From the NCBI GenBank assembly GCA_026392115.1, contig JAPLCQ010000143.1, forward strand, positions 819 through 64,818: 64,000 bases of DNA. Reading direction: 5' to 3'. This DNA comes from Armatimonadota bacterium. Its GTDB lineage: Bacteria > Armatimonadota > Chthonomonadetes > Chthonomonadales > CAJBBX01. Numbering within the stretch: the stretch's first letter is position 1; every line of letters begins with the position of its first letter. Made by a program: the position numbers and the translations under genes. The notes under the pieces were generated by a model. That model had not been told where the DNA came from and made no database searches. It saw nothing but the letters and a program-made list of their open reading frames with translations. Positions 18,653 through 28,088 of this stretch are shown here, piece after piece.

Positions 18653-20223
18653 CGCGTTGCTCCTTGGCGGTTGGAGGCCAACAGCACCTCAACGTCAGGC
18701 GCGGCGTGGCGCACCAGCAGCACGCGGCTGCGCGGGTTGTACATGCATCCGTCGCCGGTGGCGGGCAGAGTGGTCAGGATCGGAAGCGCCTTCGCCCCGC
18801 ATCGTATGGCTCGGGGCGGCGATGCCAGCTTCAGGAGTTCGAGGCTGCCGGTGAGGGACGTGTACCGGACGGCCCCGGGCCGGTAGCCTATGCTCCTGAT
18901 CTGCGTGGCGCTGCGCAGCAGGTGGGTCTCGCCGTCGGGCGCCAGTTCCGGCAGGCAACCCATATCTTGGGTGATATAGCGGACCACCGGGCTGGTCAGG
19001 CTGTACCAGCTTCCGCCGTCGCCGTACATCCATCCTCCGAGCACCGTATTGTGGGTCCTGCCGTCGGGTTTCAGTCCGTAGCGCGTCACCATGCGGAGGG
19101 CTTCGAGTGTCGTGGCGCGGAAGCGCTCCTCACCGGTGGTCAGGTAGAACTCGGCGGCCATCATCGACCAGTTCATCGTGGAGCTTGGCGTGGCGGCCAG
19201 GTAGCCGGTCTGCTCGCGCAGGATCAATCCCATCTCCCTGTCGTGGAACGCCAGCCCGTCCAGGGCCTCATCGAACAGCCGTCGCGCCTTTGCGATGTAG
19301 GAGGCGCCGTTGATGGGTGTTCGGTAACGGAGCAGGAGCCGGATCGTCTGCAGCGGGGAGTAGTGCACTTGCGAGTCGCTGCCTTTGGGGATGTCCTCGT
19401 AGAGGCCGGACCAGTTGCCGGTGCGGACCGGGTTGCGGAGCATCCACATCCACGCCGCGATCTGACCGTTCTTGTAGTCACGGTCGCCGGTCAGGGCGTG
19501 AATCTTCTCAAGGAACGCTACGTTCATGAACAGGGCGGCCGTGTACTGCTGGAAGACGTCGCCCGTCCGCGGGTTCACTCGGAAGGGCCAACTGCCGTCC
19601 CACGCCTGGTGCGCCACAAGCGTCGTGGCGGCGGCCTTGGCGGCCTCCAGGTAGCGGCGCTCACCGGTCACCTCGTACAGCCGGGTATAGGCGAGACCCA
19701 TATAGCCGACCTTGTCGGGCTGCAGGTTGTCCTTGTCCTCGAGGCCGCCGGGCTTGCCATCCTCGAAGGTGCTCCAGGGCAGGTGCGGCCACTTCCAGCC
19801 GGCCGGCGTGCTGTGTGCGATGGTCCAGTCCGCCAGTTCGCGAGCCCGCCGGAGCGCCTCGGCGTTACCGGAGTAGGTGTAGTAGTTGAGGAACGCCTCC
19901 ACCAGGTACGCGTGGTGGAACGCGGGGTAGGCGACCCGGTAGGAGAAGCGGTTGTCGTCGTCGATCACCGCATGGTAGGTGTAGGGCGGCGCCTTCCGCC
20001 CGGCCTCGTCGCGGATAGCGTTGTTCTCGATCCCGGTATCGGCCATGAGGAAGTGCGCCGCCCGCACCAGCGTCTTGCCGGAGGCGGCGGCCAGGCCGTG
20101 CGGGGCCTTGCGGTACTGCGCCGCCCTGACGAAGAAGGCCTCGGGGGAGGCGTCGGCTGCGGGCGGATCGATGGTGCGTGGCGCCCCGGAGAGGCAGAGC
20201 AGGGCGAGCAGGGCAACGGGCAT
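18649..20223 (-). CDS. Secreted hypothetical protein, probable (alpha/alpha)6 toroid glycosidase/lyase-like fold
   Basis: Signal peptide MPVALLALLCL with AGGAG RBS; helical repeats LYEVTGERRYLEAA, QAWDGSWPFRV, FYLTTGEERF. The ORF-track extension to 21294 is antisense shadow. Confidence 0.7.
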   Translation of the reverse strand: MPVALLALLCLSGAPRTIDPPAADASPEAFFVRAAQYRKAPHGLAAASGKTLVRAAHFLMADTGIENNAIRDEAGRKAPPYTYHAVIDDDNRFSYRVAYPAFHHAYLVEAFLNYYTYSGNAEALRRARELADWTIAHSTPAGWKWPHLPWSTFEDGKPGGLEDKDNLQPDKVGYMGLAYTRLYEVTGERRYLEAAKAAATTLVAHQAWDGSWPFRVNPRTGDVFQQYTAALFMNVAFLEKIHALTGDRDYKNGQIAAWMWMLRNPVRTGNWSGLYEDIPKGSDSQVHYSPLQTIRLLLRYRTPINGASYIAKARRLFDEALDGLAFHDREMGLILREQTGYLAATPSSTMNWSMMAAEFYLTTGEERFRATTLEALRMVTRYGLKPDGRTHNTVLGGWMYGDGGSWYSLTSPVVRYITQDMGCLPELAPDGETHLLRSATQIRSIGYRPGAVRYTSLTGSLELLKLASPPRAIRCGAKALPILTTLPATGDGCMYNPRSRVLLVRHAAPDVEVLLASNRQGATR

Positions 20224-20421
20224 GGCAATGGCTCCTATGCCGCGGGCCGCCTGGCCGGTACGCGGCTTCCCATCGTAGGTGACCCGGCCCGCCCAGAGGG
20301 TAGCTCGAGCCAGCTTGTACTTCAGTATATCGGAGCGGAGGCGCTCGGCGCGGTATAGTCCCGGTGTGCAGCGTGTCGCCCCACGTCTGCCATGGTAGCC
20401 CGATCCAACTGGAGACCCCGA

Positions 20422-22176
20422 ATGACCCTCTGCCAGATTTCGCTGCTTGCGGCGCTCGTCTTTGTGCCGGCCACGCACGCCGCCGCGCTTCCGGATGCCG
20501 TCCGTCCGCCGATCTACGTCTACACCCTCGATCCCAATGCCAAGGGCCCCGAGGCGTACGACGAGGTCACGACGCTGGTCTCGCTGCAGGGCCTGATCAA
20601 CCGGGGCCAGCCGCTTCTCTATGTCGACAATCCCGGCTACGGGCGTCCGAAGTACTGGCTGGACCGGTTGGCCGTCGATGGGCAGTGGCTGCACGGGCGC
20701 GAGCAGGTCAAGGTCGATACCCTCGACGCCGTCTTCGCCCTCGCCAAGCCCAAGGTCAAGGGCGCCGTGATCTGGGACCCCGAGGTCCCCGCCACGGTGA
20801 ACGTCGCCACGACGGCGGCGGGCGTCGGGAATGCCGTGGTCCTCAGCCCGGCCATGGCCGACAAGCTCCTCCGGCGGTGGGGCCTTCGGGTCTTGCGCGA
20901 TTTCAGGGGCATGTTCAACGGCGCGGAGACGGGAAGCAAGAAGAACGACGCGTACCGGTGGGCCATCCGGCAGTACATCGAGACCGGCAAGTGCGACGCG
21001 CACTGGCTCAGCCTGTACACCGACGCCCACGCAGACCGGCCTGGCGGGCAGAATGCCTACAACATCGTGCGCGACTGGGCCGTGACGAACCGCTCGTTCG
21101 TGTTTGACCTGTCGCCCTGGGGCGACGAGAAGCCCGGCGACGATCCTGATCAGGTCCTCGGGACCGACCTCGCCACCTACAAGATGATCCTTGCCGCCAC
21201 GCAGAAACAGGCACGCGGTCGCCGAATGACCGAACTCACCGGCTTCTTCAGCTTCTGGAAGTACGCCAATATGCCCGAGCACTCGAGTTCGCACGATCCG
21301 GTGCCCACGGAGTGGCAGACGGTCTGGCTCATCTCACCCTACAACTGCTACCAGAACACCGCCACCGAGTTCTGCTACAACCAGTCGTTCCACCGCCACG
21401 CGCCGCGGACGCCCCTCAAGCAGCCCAAGCCTTCGGCGACGCCGGCGCCCAAGCTCAGGAACACCAACTACGTCGCGATCCTCATGGCCGACTACGACTC
21501 GGCCTATCCGCTCTACCACTTTCTTCCCAAGAACTGGGAGGACCCGAAGCGCGGAGCCGTGCCGCTGAGCTGGGGCATCAACCCGAACCTGCTGGAGACC
21601 TACCCCGACATCATCTCGAACTTCTACCAGACCGCCACGCCCAACGACCACTTCGTGGCGGACGCCAGTTGTGCGGGCTACATCAACCCCAACCGCGTGC
21701 TGCCGGAGAACCTGCCGCTGCTGGTGAGCCACAACCTCCGCTTCTACCGCGAGGCCGACATGAGCATCTCCGGCATGGTGCTGGACTGGGACCAGCCCTC
21801 GCCGGCGGTGAAGGACGCCTTCCTCAAGTTTTCGCCCGGCGGCTTCGCCACCATCGTGGACGATATGCACGAGCGCAAAGGCCGCCACCCGGACCCGCAC
21901 GTCTGGAAGGGCATGCCCGTGGTTCGGCTCATCAACCACATGGACCCGAACAACACGGACTACAGCGTCAGGGTGCTCCACGATATGGTCCAGGCGCGCA
22001 AGCCGGACGAGCCGGGCTTCACTTACTGGCGTTGCGTCTGGGTAACACCCAGCCAGATCCAGGCCGTCGTGGACGGCTTCAGGGCCAAGTACCCGGGCGA
22101 GGAGATCGAGTTGGTCAGCCTTCAGACCTTCTTCACCCTCTTCAAGCAGCGCTATGGCGGCGGGGCCAAGCCATGA
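20422..22176 (+). CDS. Secreted GxGYxYP-family putative glycoside hydrolase
   Basis: SLQGLINR, IWDPEVPATVNVATTAAG, MADYDSA, RGAVPLSWGINP, CAGYINP. GGAG RBS before ATG 20422. Confidence 0.82.
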   Translation: MTLCQISLLAALVFVPATHAAALPDAVRPPIYVYTLDPNAKGPEAYDEVTTLVSLQGLINRGQPLLYVDNPGYGRPKYWLDRLAVDGQWLHGREQVKVDTLDAVFALAKPKVKGAVIWDPEVPATVNVATTAAGVGNAVVLSPAMADKLLRRWGLRVLRDFRGMFNGAETGSKKNDAYRWAIRQYIETGKCDAHWLSLYTDAHADRPGGQNAYNIVRDWAVTNRSFVFDLSPWGDEKPGDDPDQVLGTDLATYKMILAATQKQARGRRMTELTGFFSFWKYANMPEHSSSHDPVPTEWQTVWLISPYNCYQNTATEFCYNQSFHRHAPRTPLKQPKPSATPAPKLRNTNYVAILMADYDSAYPLYHFLPKNWEDPKRGAVPLSWGINPNLLETYPDIISNFYQTATPNDHFVADASCAGYINPNRVLPENLPLLVSHNLRFYREADMSISGMVLDWDQPSPAVKDAFLKFSPGGFATIVDDMHERKGRHPDPHVWKGMPVVRLINHMDPNNTDYSVRVLHDMVQARKPDEPGFTYWRCVWVTPSQIQAVVDGFRAKYPGEEIELVSLQTFFTLFKQRYGGGAKP

Positions 22177-25070
22177 TCATGGGGCCGGCGCTTGGGGCAC
22201 TCGCCGCGGTAGCCTGGCTGGGGCCCGCTCCGGTCGACGTGGGCCGATCCGCGCCGCCCCCGCCCGGCTCTGTTGTGGTCGAGGCTGAGAGCTTCAGTCG
22301 GTGCGAGTGGTACCGCCTCGATGAGGCGTTGGCGAGCGGCACACAGTGGTTGCGCTGCAACCAGCCGGACAAGGTTGCCGAGACCGCCGTCGAGTTGCCG
22401 CCGGGAAAGTACACGCTCTGGGTCCGCGGCACGGACAACGGCCACTACCCGGGCCACTACCAGTATCGGGTGACCGTGAACGGCGCCGAGTACTGGGCAG
22501 GAACCACGGAGCCCCTGGCCGCCACATGGTGCTGGCAGAAGCTCGGAGCCGTCGACGGCGGACGCGTTGTCCTGCGCCTCGATCAGGCGGACTCGTGGAA
22601 CACGGGCTGCGACAGTTTGCTGTTCGTGCCCGATCCCGCGTACCGCCCGAGCGGCGAGCCGCGGCTGCGGTTGGTCTCGTCGACCCTCCGCATCGGTCGA
22701 GGCGGCGGCCCGGCCACGGTCGTGTTCGAGGCGCCTGCCGCATCTGCGGGCGACTGCTGGGTGGCTTTGCGGCGTGAGCGGAAGGTCGTCTGGTCCCAGA
22801 GGGTGACGCCGGTACCTGAACGCGCCGCCGCCGCCGGTACACAGCGCCTGCACGTGGAGTGTACGGTCCCGCCGTTGCGTTTCACTCCCGCCGGCCGGTA
22901 TGACCTGTCGGTCGAACTGGGCGACCTCCAGTGGATCGGCCGGGAGGAGGGGGACTACAGCGTCGCCAGTGTGAAGCTCGGCGCCGTGCCGCGCCCTGAA
23001 CCGGTTGTCGCCAAGGTCGTATACCGCCGCGGCACGCCGACGCTCACAGTCGGCGGCAAGCCCCTCTTCCCATTCGCCTTCCTCGGGGTCCACACCGGTC
23101 ACTACGGCGAGTTCGCCGCCCAGGGCGCCCACCTCTACACGGTGGGCTGCGGCATGGGGAACCAGAAGCTCGGCAAGTTCGACGCCGACGAGCCCGCGCA
23201 GCTCCTGCAGGAGCTGCTTTCGCGCGACCCCGAAGCGCTGGTGCTCCTGAGGCTCCAGCTCGAGCCGCCGGCCGCGTGGCTCGCCGCGAACCCCGACGAG
23301 CGCGTGGTCTTCGATGACGGCTCCGTGGGCCCCCAGTCGTTTGCGTCGCAGAAGTGGCTGGACCTGATCTGCGGCGACCTGCGCCGGTTCGTGAGCACCC
23401 TTCGCCATAGTCCCTTTGCCGACCGGGTTATCGGCCTCCACCTCTGCACCGGCTACTCGGCCGAGTGGCAGAGCTGGGGCCTCTGGGACAACCGGCGCGG
23501 CGACTTCTCGCCTGCCTTCGCTGGCTTCTTCCGACGGTGGCTGCGCGCACGCTACAAGACCGATGTCGCCCTGGCAGGGGCATGGGGCTTGCCGGACGTG
23601 ACGCTCGACACGGCTTCGGTGCCGTCCAGAGCCCGTCGGGAGGCGGTGTCGCGCCTCTTGCTGGATCCTGTGGCCGACCGGCAGGCGCTGGACTTCTACG
23701 AGGCGTACGCCGCAGCCGCGTCGCAAGCCATCGCCCGCGTGGCCCGCGCCGTCAAGACCGCCTCGCAGGGGCAGATGCTCGCCGGCGTCTTCTACGGTTA
23801 CGCGCCGCAGTATGGCGGCCTGGCGCCGGAGACCCAGCACCTGGCGCTCAAGGCCGTGCTCGGCTGCCCCGATGTGGACTTCCTCTGCGCCCCGGCCATG
23901 TATACCGACCGCGGGCCCGGCGGCACGTCCACCTTCATGTCGCTGACCGACTCGGTCCGGCTGCACGGCAAGCTGTGGCTGAACGAGTCGGACATCCGCA
24001 CGCACCTGCAGCAGGACGCCACGGGCCGGTGCGCCGACCTGGACCAGACGCTGGGCGTGCTGAAGCGCGAGTATTCCGCCGTCCGCGCGCGCGGCGCCGG
24101 GCAGTGGTGGTTCGACATGGGCGACGGCTGGTTCTCGGATCCCGCCATCATGTCGATGTTCGGCGAGATGAGCCGGCTCGGGCAGCAGGCCCTCATTGAT
24201 GCTTCCGGCCCCGAACTCAAGCCCGAGATCGCCGTCCTGCTCAGCGAGCGAAGCGCCTTGAGGCAGTCCGGCGGGACGCTGGGCGATTTCTGGTTCCCCG
24301 CGCTCACGGCGCAGGTCGCCGCGCTCAACCGCATCGGCGCCCCTGCGGCGCTCTATCTGCTGGAGGACATCGAGCGCATGCCCGACGCGCGCATGGTGAT
24401 CCTGCTGAACGCGTTCGACCTCACGGCATCGCAGCGCCGGGCCATTGAGCGCCTCAAGGCAGCGGGCCGGGTCATCGTGTTCGTCTACACCGCGGGCATA
24501 GGCGGCACGGCGGGGCAAGGGTCGGTTGCAGAAGACCTTGAGGCTGCCTGCGGGCTCATCGGCCAGCGGCTGCGGCCGGCGGCCCCGGGCTCGTTCCGCG
24601 TGCGCTTGAACGCCGATCCGCTCTGCCTTGGACTGCGCACGACGGAACCCGTCTTCGGCATGTCGCCGACCGAGTTCGGCCCGGACCTATCGGCTGGGCC
24701 GCGCTTCACCGTCGCCGACGCCTCCCGCGTCCTGGGCACGTTTCCGGACGGAGGGGCGGCGCTCAGCGTTCGGGCATTCCCGCACTGGACCTCGGTCTGC
24801 AGCCTCTCGCCGGGCCTGCCTCCCGGCCTGCTTCGCAACCTGGCCCGGTTGGCCGGTGTGCATATCTACTCCGAGACCGAGGACGCCCTCTACGCCGGCC
24901 GCGGGCTCGTCGCCCTCCACGCCCGCGACGCAGGCGACAAGTCCATCGGCCTGCCGTCGGAGATGGTGGTTCGTGAGCCCTTCGCTCCCGGCGCACCGGA
25001 GACCCGGACGCGGCTGATTCGCTTCCGAGCCAAGGCCGCCGAGACGCGGGTGTTCCAGATCGTGCGGTAG
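22173..25070 (+). CDS. Secreted GH42-like (clan GH-A) glycoside hydrolase with N-terminal CBM-like domain
   Basis: ATGA overlap with the upstream gene; SFASQKW, GYSAEWQSWG, DFSPAF..FRRWLRARY, LWLNESDIRT; trimerisation-like C-terminal domain. Confidence 0.7.
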   Translation: MIMGPALGALAAVAWLGPAPVDVGRSAPPPPGSVVVEAESFSRCEWYRLDEALASGTQWLRCNQPDKVAETAVELPPGKYTLWVRGTDNGHYPGHYQYRVTVNGAEYWAGTTEPLAATWCWQKLGAVDGGRVVLRLDQADSWNTGCDSLLFVPDPAYRPSGEPRLRLVSSTLRIGRGGGPATVVFEAPAASAGDCWVALRRERKVVWSQRVTPVPERAAAAGTQRLHVECTVPPLRFTPAGRYDLSVELGDLQWIGREEGDYSVASVKLGAVPRPEPVVAKVVYRRGTPTLTVGGKPLFPFAFLGVHTGHYGEFAAQGAHLYTVGCGMGNQKLGKFDADEPAQLLQELLSRDPEALVLLRLQLEPPAAWLAANPDERVVFDDGSVGPQSFASQKWLDLICGDLRRFVSTLRHSPFADRVIGLHLCTGYSAEWQSWGLWDNRRGDFSPAFAGFFRRWLRARYKTDVALAGAWGLPDVTLDTASVPSRARREAVSRLLLDPVADRQALDFYEAYAAAASQAIARVARAVKTASQGQMLAGVFYGYAPQYGGLAPETQHLALKAVLGCPDVDFLCAPAMYTDRGPGGTSTFMSLTDSVRLHGKLWLNESDIRTHLQQDATGRCADLDQTLGVLKREYSAVRARGAGQWWFDMGDGWFSDPAIMSMFGEMSRLGQQALIDASGPELKPEIAVLLSERSALRQSGGTLGDFWFPALTAQVAALNRIGAPAALYLLEDIERMPDARMVILLNAFDLTASQRRAIERLKAAGRVIVFVYTAGIGGTAGQGSVAEDLEAACGLIGQRLRPAAPGSFRVRLNADPLCLGLRTTEPVFGMSPTEFGPDLSAGPRFTVADASRVLGTFPDGGAALSVRAFPHWTSVCSLSPGLPPGLLRNLARLAGVHIYSETEDALYAGRGLVALHARDAGDKSIGLPSEMVVREPFAPGAPETRTRLIRFRAKAAETRVFQIVR

Positions 25071-25132
25071 GGCATTGGGCGGTGAGCTGGGACGCGCCTG
25101 CCACGCGCACGGCCTATCCCAACGCCTTTCGG

Positions 25133-27916
25133 TTACTTCACCACTGTGATCGATCTGGCCGCGACCGTGATGCGGCGATCGCCTGTGACCGTCCTCGTGA
25201 TTGCCTTGTCCGTGTTGTTGTAGTAGTGGATTGCCGACCCGACGCGCGATGCCAGGATGCCGTCGTATGCCGCGTCGATGGGCGCGGCGATGGGCTTCCA
25301 TGGACCCGTGGAGGCGTGTAGGGCCGCATTCACGAGATGTGCGAAGGAGCCCCAGGGCCCCGGCCAGACGACGGTCCAGCCCTTGCCAAGCGGGCGCGCC
25401 GCGAGGGCGATGGCCTTCTTGGGCGGCATGGCCAGGCCGTCGGCCAGCTTGCCCAGCGAGACGACGGCGTTGTCTGGAGCGCCGGCGACCTTGAGCTGGA
25501 CCTCGAACACCTGGAGGCCCAGCGCGCGGGGATCGCTCTGCGGGTTCGGCACCCAGGTAGCGCTCTGGAAGCCGACCCGAGCGGCTGCAGCGCCGGCCAG
25601 GGCGTTCGCCGGTAACAGCGTCTCCACCCACCGCACGGCGCCGGGCCGCACACGGGCGACCGTCACACCGTTCACACTCAGTACTCCCCCGACGCCGGTC
25701 TGCTCGGGCACGGCCAGGCGCACGCGGAGCGCCACGGGTCCGCCCCGAGGCAGCGGTAGCGTCACGCTACAGTCGCCGCCGGTCCACCGGTAGCTGGGAT
25801 CGGGCTCCTGTGTGGTCTTCGGCGCCTGCCCGCCCTCCGGCGCCTGCCACGCGCCGCTCAGTACTTCCTCGGAACCGGAGCCGATATCCAGCGCAACACC
25901 CCGAACGCTCGGCAGGGCCGCAGTAGCCCGTGCGGTCTCGGCCCATGGGGCGCGGAGCCATGGGGCCGCCGTGCCCTCAACCGACCGGAGTGGCAGGCAG
26001 CCGGTCGACGCCATGAGCACCCCGCCGCCTGCCACCCACTTCCGGAGCGCCGTGATCGACGCCTGCTCCAGCGTGTCTCCGGCGAGGATGACGACCGCCC
26101 GGAAGCACTTCAGCATGCCGTCGGCGATCATGTTCTCGTCTATGAACTCGAAGTCCACCGCGTCCCGCAGCTTCTCGGCGCGCGAGAGGAACGTGCCCAG
26201 CACGCCCCCGTCCAGCGCGATGGACGAGTTGGGCATGATCGCCGCCACGGTGAGCCGTGGCCGGTTCGGCGCCAGGCGAGCGGCGTTTTCCATGAACCGG
26301 ATGCCCTTCATGGTGGGCTGGTCCGGCGCGTCCATCAGGTACTTGAAGTAGGCGCCGCGGCTCCCGCCCGCAGTGGCGTCGAACACGCGGCCTGCGATAC
26401 CCCAAGCCGAGTTGTCGCCGCCGGGCTCGGTGGTGTAGTACTGGCCGTAGAGCCGCGTGGACGACCCCACCATACGGGTGATGGCGAAGTTCGCCGCCGC
26501 GTCGTCGCCCTGGTTCGTGATCCGGATGCCCGCGCCGTACCGGGCGCACATCCTCGCCTGCGCGCCGAAGTCCGCGCCCAGCATCGGCTGTCCGTCGCCG
26601 CCTGTGCAGAGGTAGATGGGCAGCGTCGGGTAGAGCTCGCGCGCGGTCTTCACCCAGTGCTCGGCGTAGTCCGTCATCGACCGGGTGTACCACGCGACGA
26701 TATCCACCGTGGCTCGGCGCGATGGCGCGGAGCCGGGCGCCATCGGCTCGACCGCTTCGAATTCGCCATACGACGTGCGCCACGCCGCGTTCAGAGCCGC
26801 CGTCGTTCCATACTTGGCTCGGAGCCACCGCTGCAGGTCCGCTCGGGCGTACCGGTCGCCGCACCACCACCCGGCATGGGTGTGTTGCCCGGCCATGTCA
26901 AACCCGCCGCCCGCCGGCATGAGCGACTCGCCCCAGTTGCCCGAGATGCCCAGGTTCAGCGCCTCGATAACGCCGGGCTCGTAGTGGGCGCGGAAGAGCT
27001 CCAAGAACCGCCGCACCCCGCCGCGCAGAGCGGGGTTCCAGATGCTCTGGATCGGGGTCGACTGCTTGTGTTCCATGCAGACCGCGTCCACGCCGCCCTC
27101 GGACCGGAACCACTTCGGCGTGGCGACGTAGGGCGCGGTGATCAGGAAGGGAAGCCACTTCAGCTTGTGCTTGCGGATCTGGGCGACCACGGGATCATAC
27201 GTTGCGTAGGTGACCCGGCCCTTCTCGGGCTCGAGTTGCGCCCAGCCGACGTAGCTCTGCAGGCTGGTGATGCCGATCTTCTTGGCCACGCGGTAGGCGT
27301 TGTCGGCCAGCTGGCCCGCCGGGACCGGCTCATGGACCTGCCACTGCTGGATCACGGTCATGCCGGGCGGGACCACGGCCGCACGGCGCGCCGCCAGCAG
27401 TTGCACCGGGTCGGCCGGCGGCACATAGCCCTCGGGTTGACGGCGGGCGAGCGTGATGCGCGCCACGGCCAGCGCGCCGGTGGTCCCCACGCGGAAGTCG
27501 GCGTCGCCGTTCTGCCGACCGCCGAACGACGGCCTGCGCAGCATGAATGTGGCCGAGCGCCACTGCCGCGTCTCGCGCTGCTTGGTCACATCCGGCGATG
27601 AGAGATAGGCGCCGCCCTCGCCGGCGTCGTACTCCACGGTGATATCGCCGGCCTGGTCGAAGTACTCGATGATCGCGTACAGCGCCTGCGGCATGGCTGG
27701 GCGCGGAGAGACCTGAACATAGAGGAAGTTGCCGCCGGCGTTGCGGTCGATCATGCGGCACGCCCTGCCGCCGAGGGTCACGGCGCGGTTCACCCCGTCG
27801 CCGTAGCTGCGGACCACGAGCCCCTTCGCCACGTTGGTCGGCCCTAGCTCGACTGAAGGCGCTCCACTCGCCGCGCCTCCTAGCCACATCAGCAACCCCA
27901 GGTACCACATATCCAT
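25133..27916 (-). CDS. Secreted GH14/GH42-like TIM-barrel glycoside hydrolase
   Basis: SYVGWAQLEPEKG, SIWNP, LGISGNWGE, WLRAKYGTTAALNAAW, YTTEP; signal peptide and N-terminal CBM-like domain. The start could be 27910 instead. Confidence 0.7.
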   Translation of the reverse strand: MDMWYLGLLMWLGGAASGAPSVELGPTNVAKGLVVRSYGDGVNRAVTLGGRACRMIDRNAGGNFLYVQVSPRPAMPQALYAIIEYFDQAGDITVEYDAGEGGAYLSSPDVTKQRETRQWRSATFMLRRPSFGGRQNGDADFRVGTTGALAVARITLARRQPEGYVPPADPVQLLAARRAAVVPPGMTVIQQWQVHEPVPAGQLADNAYRVAKKIGITSLQSYVGWAQLEPEKGRVTYATYDPVVAQIRKHKLKWLPFLITAPYVATPKWFRSEGGVDAVCMEHKQSTPIQSIWNPALRGGVRRFLELFRAHYEPGVIEALNLGISGNWGESLMPAGGGFDMAGQHTHAGWWCGDRYARADLQRWLRAKYGTTAALNAAWRTSYGEFEAVEPMAPGSAPSRRATVDIVAWYTRSMTDYAEHWVKTARELYPTLPIYLCTGGDGQPMLGADFGAQARMCARYGAGIRITNQGDDAAANFAITRMVGSSTRLYGQYYTTEPGGDNSAWGIAGRVFDATAGGSRGAYFKYLMDAPDQPTMKGIRFMENAARLAPNRPRLTVAAIMPNSSIALDGGVLGTFLSRAEKLRDAVDFEFIDENMIADGMLKCFRAVVILAGDTLEQASITALRKWVAGGGVLMASTGCLPLRSVEGTAAPWLRAPWAETARATAALPSVRGVALDIGSGSEEVLSGAWQAPEGGQAPKTTQEPDPSYRWTGGDCSVTLPLPRGGPVALRVRLAVPEQTGVGGVLSVNGVTVARVRPGAVRWVETLLPANALAGAAAARVGFQSATWVPNPQSDPRALGLQVFEVQLKVAGAPDNAVVSLGKLADGLAMPPKKAIALAARPLGKGWTVVWPGPWGSFAHLVNAALHASTGPWKPIAAPIDAAYDGILASRVGSAIHYYNNTDKAITRTVTGDRRITVAARSITVVK

Positions 27917-28088
27917 GCCCCTCCCGCCGAACCGTCTCTGCCGTCGTAGTTCGGCGTGGAAAGGCTCAGGTCCTGTATGGGCGGCGTCCGGATGTGATAG
28001 CGACCGACGAACGTGCGTCGCCGCGAAGGGTATAGTCTGACGCCGCCGCCGTTCGCCCGTCCCATCGCGCCTCCCGGAGGTCTGCCCC

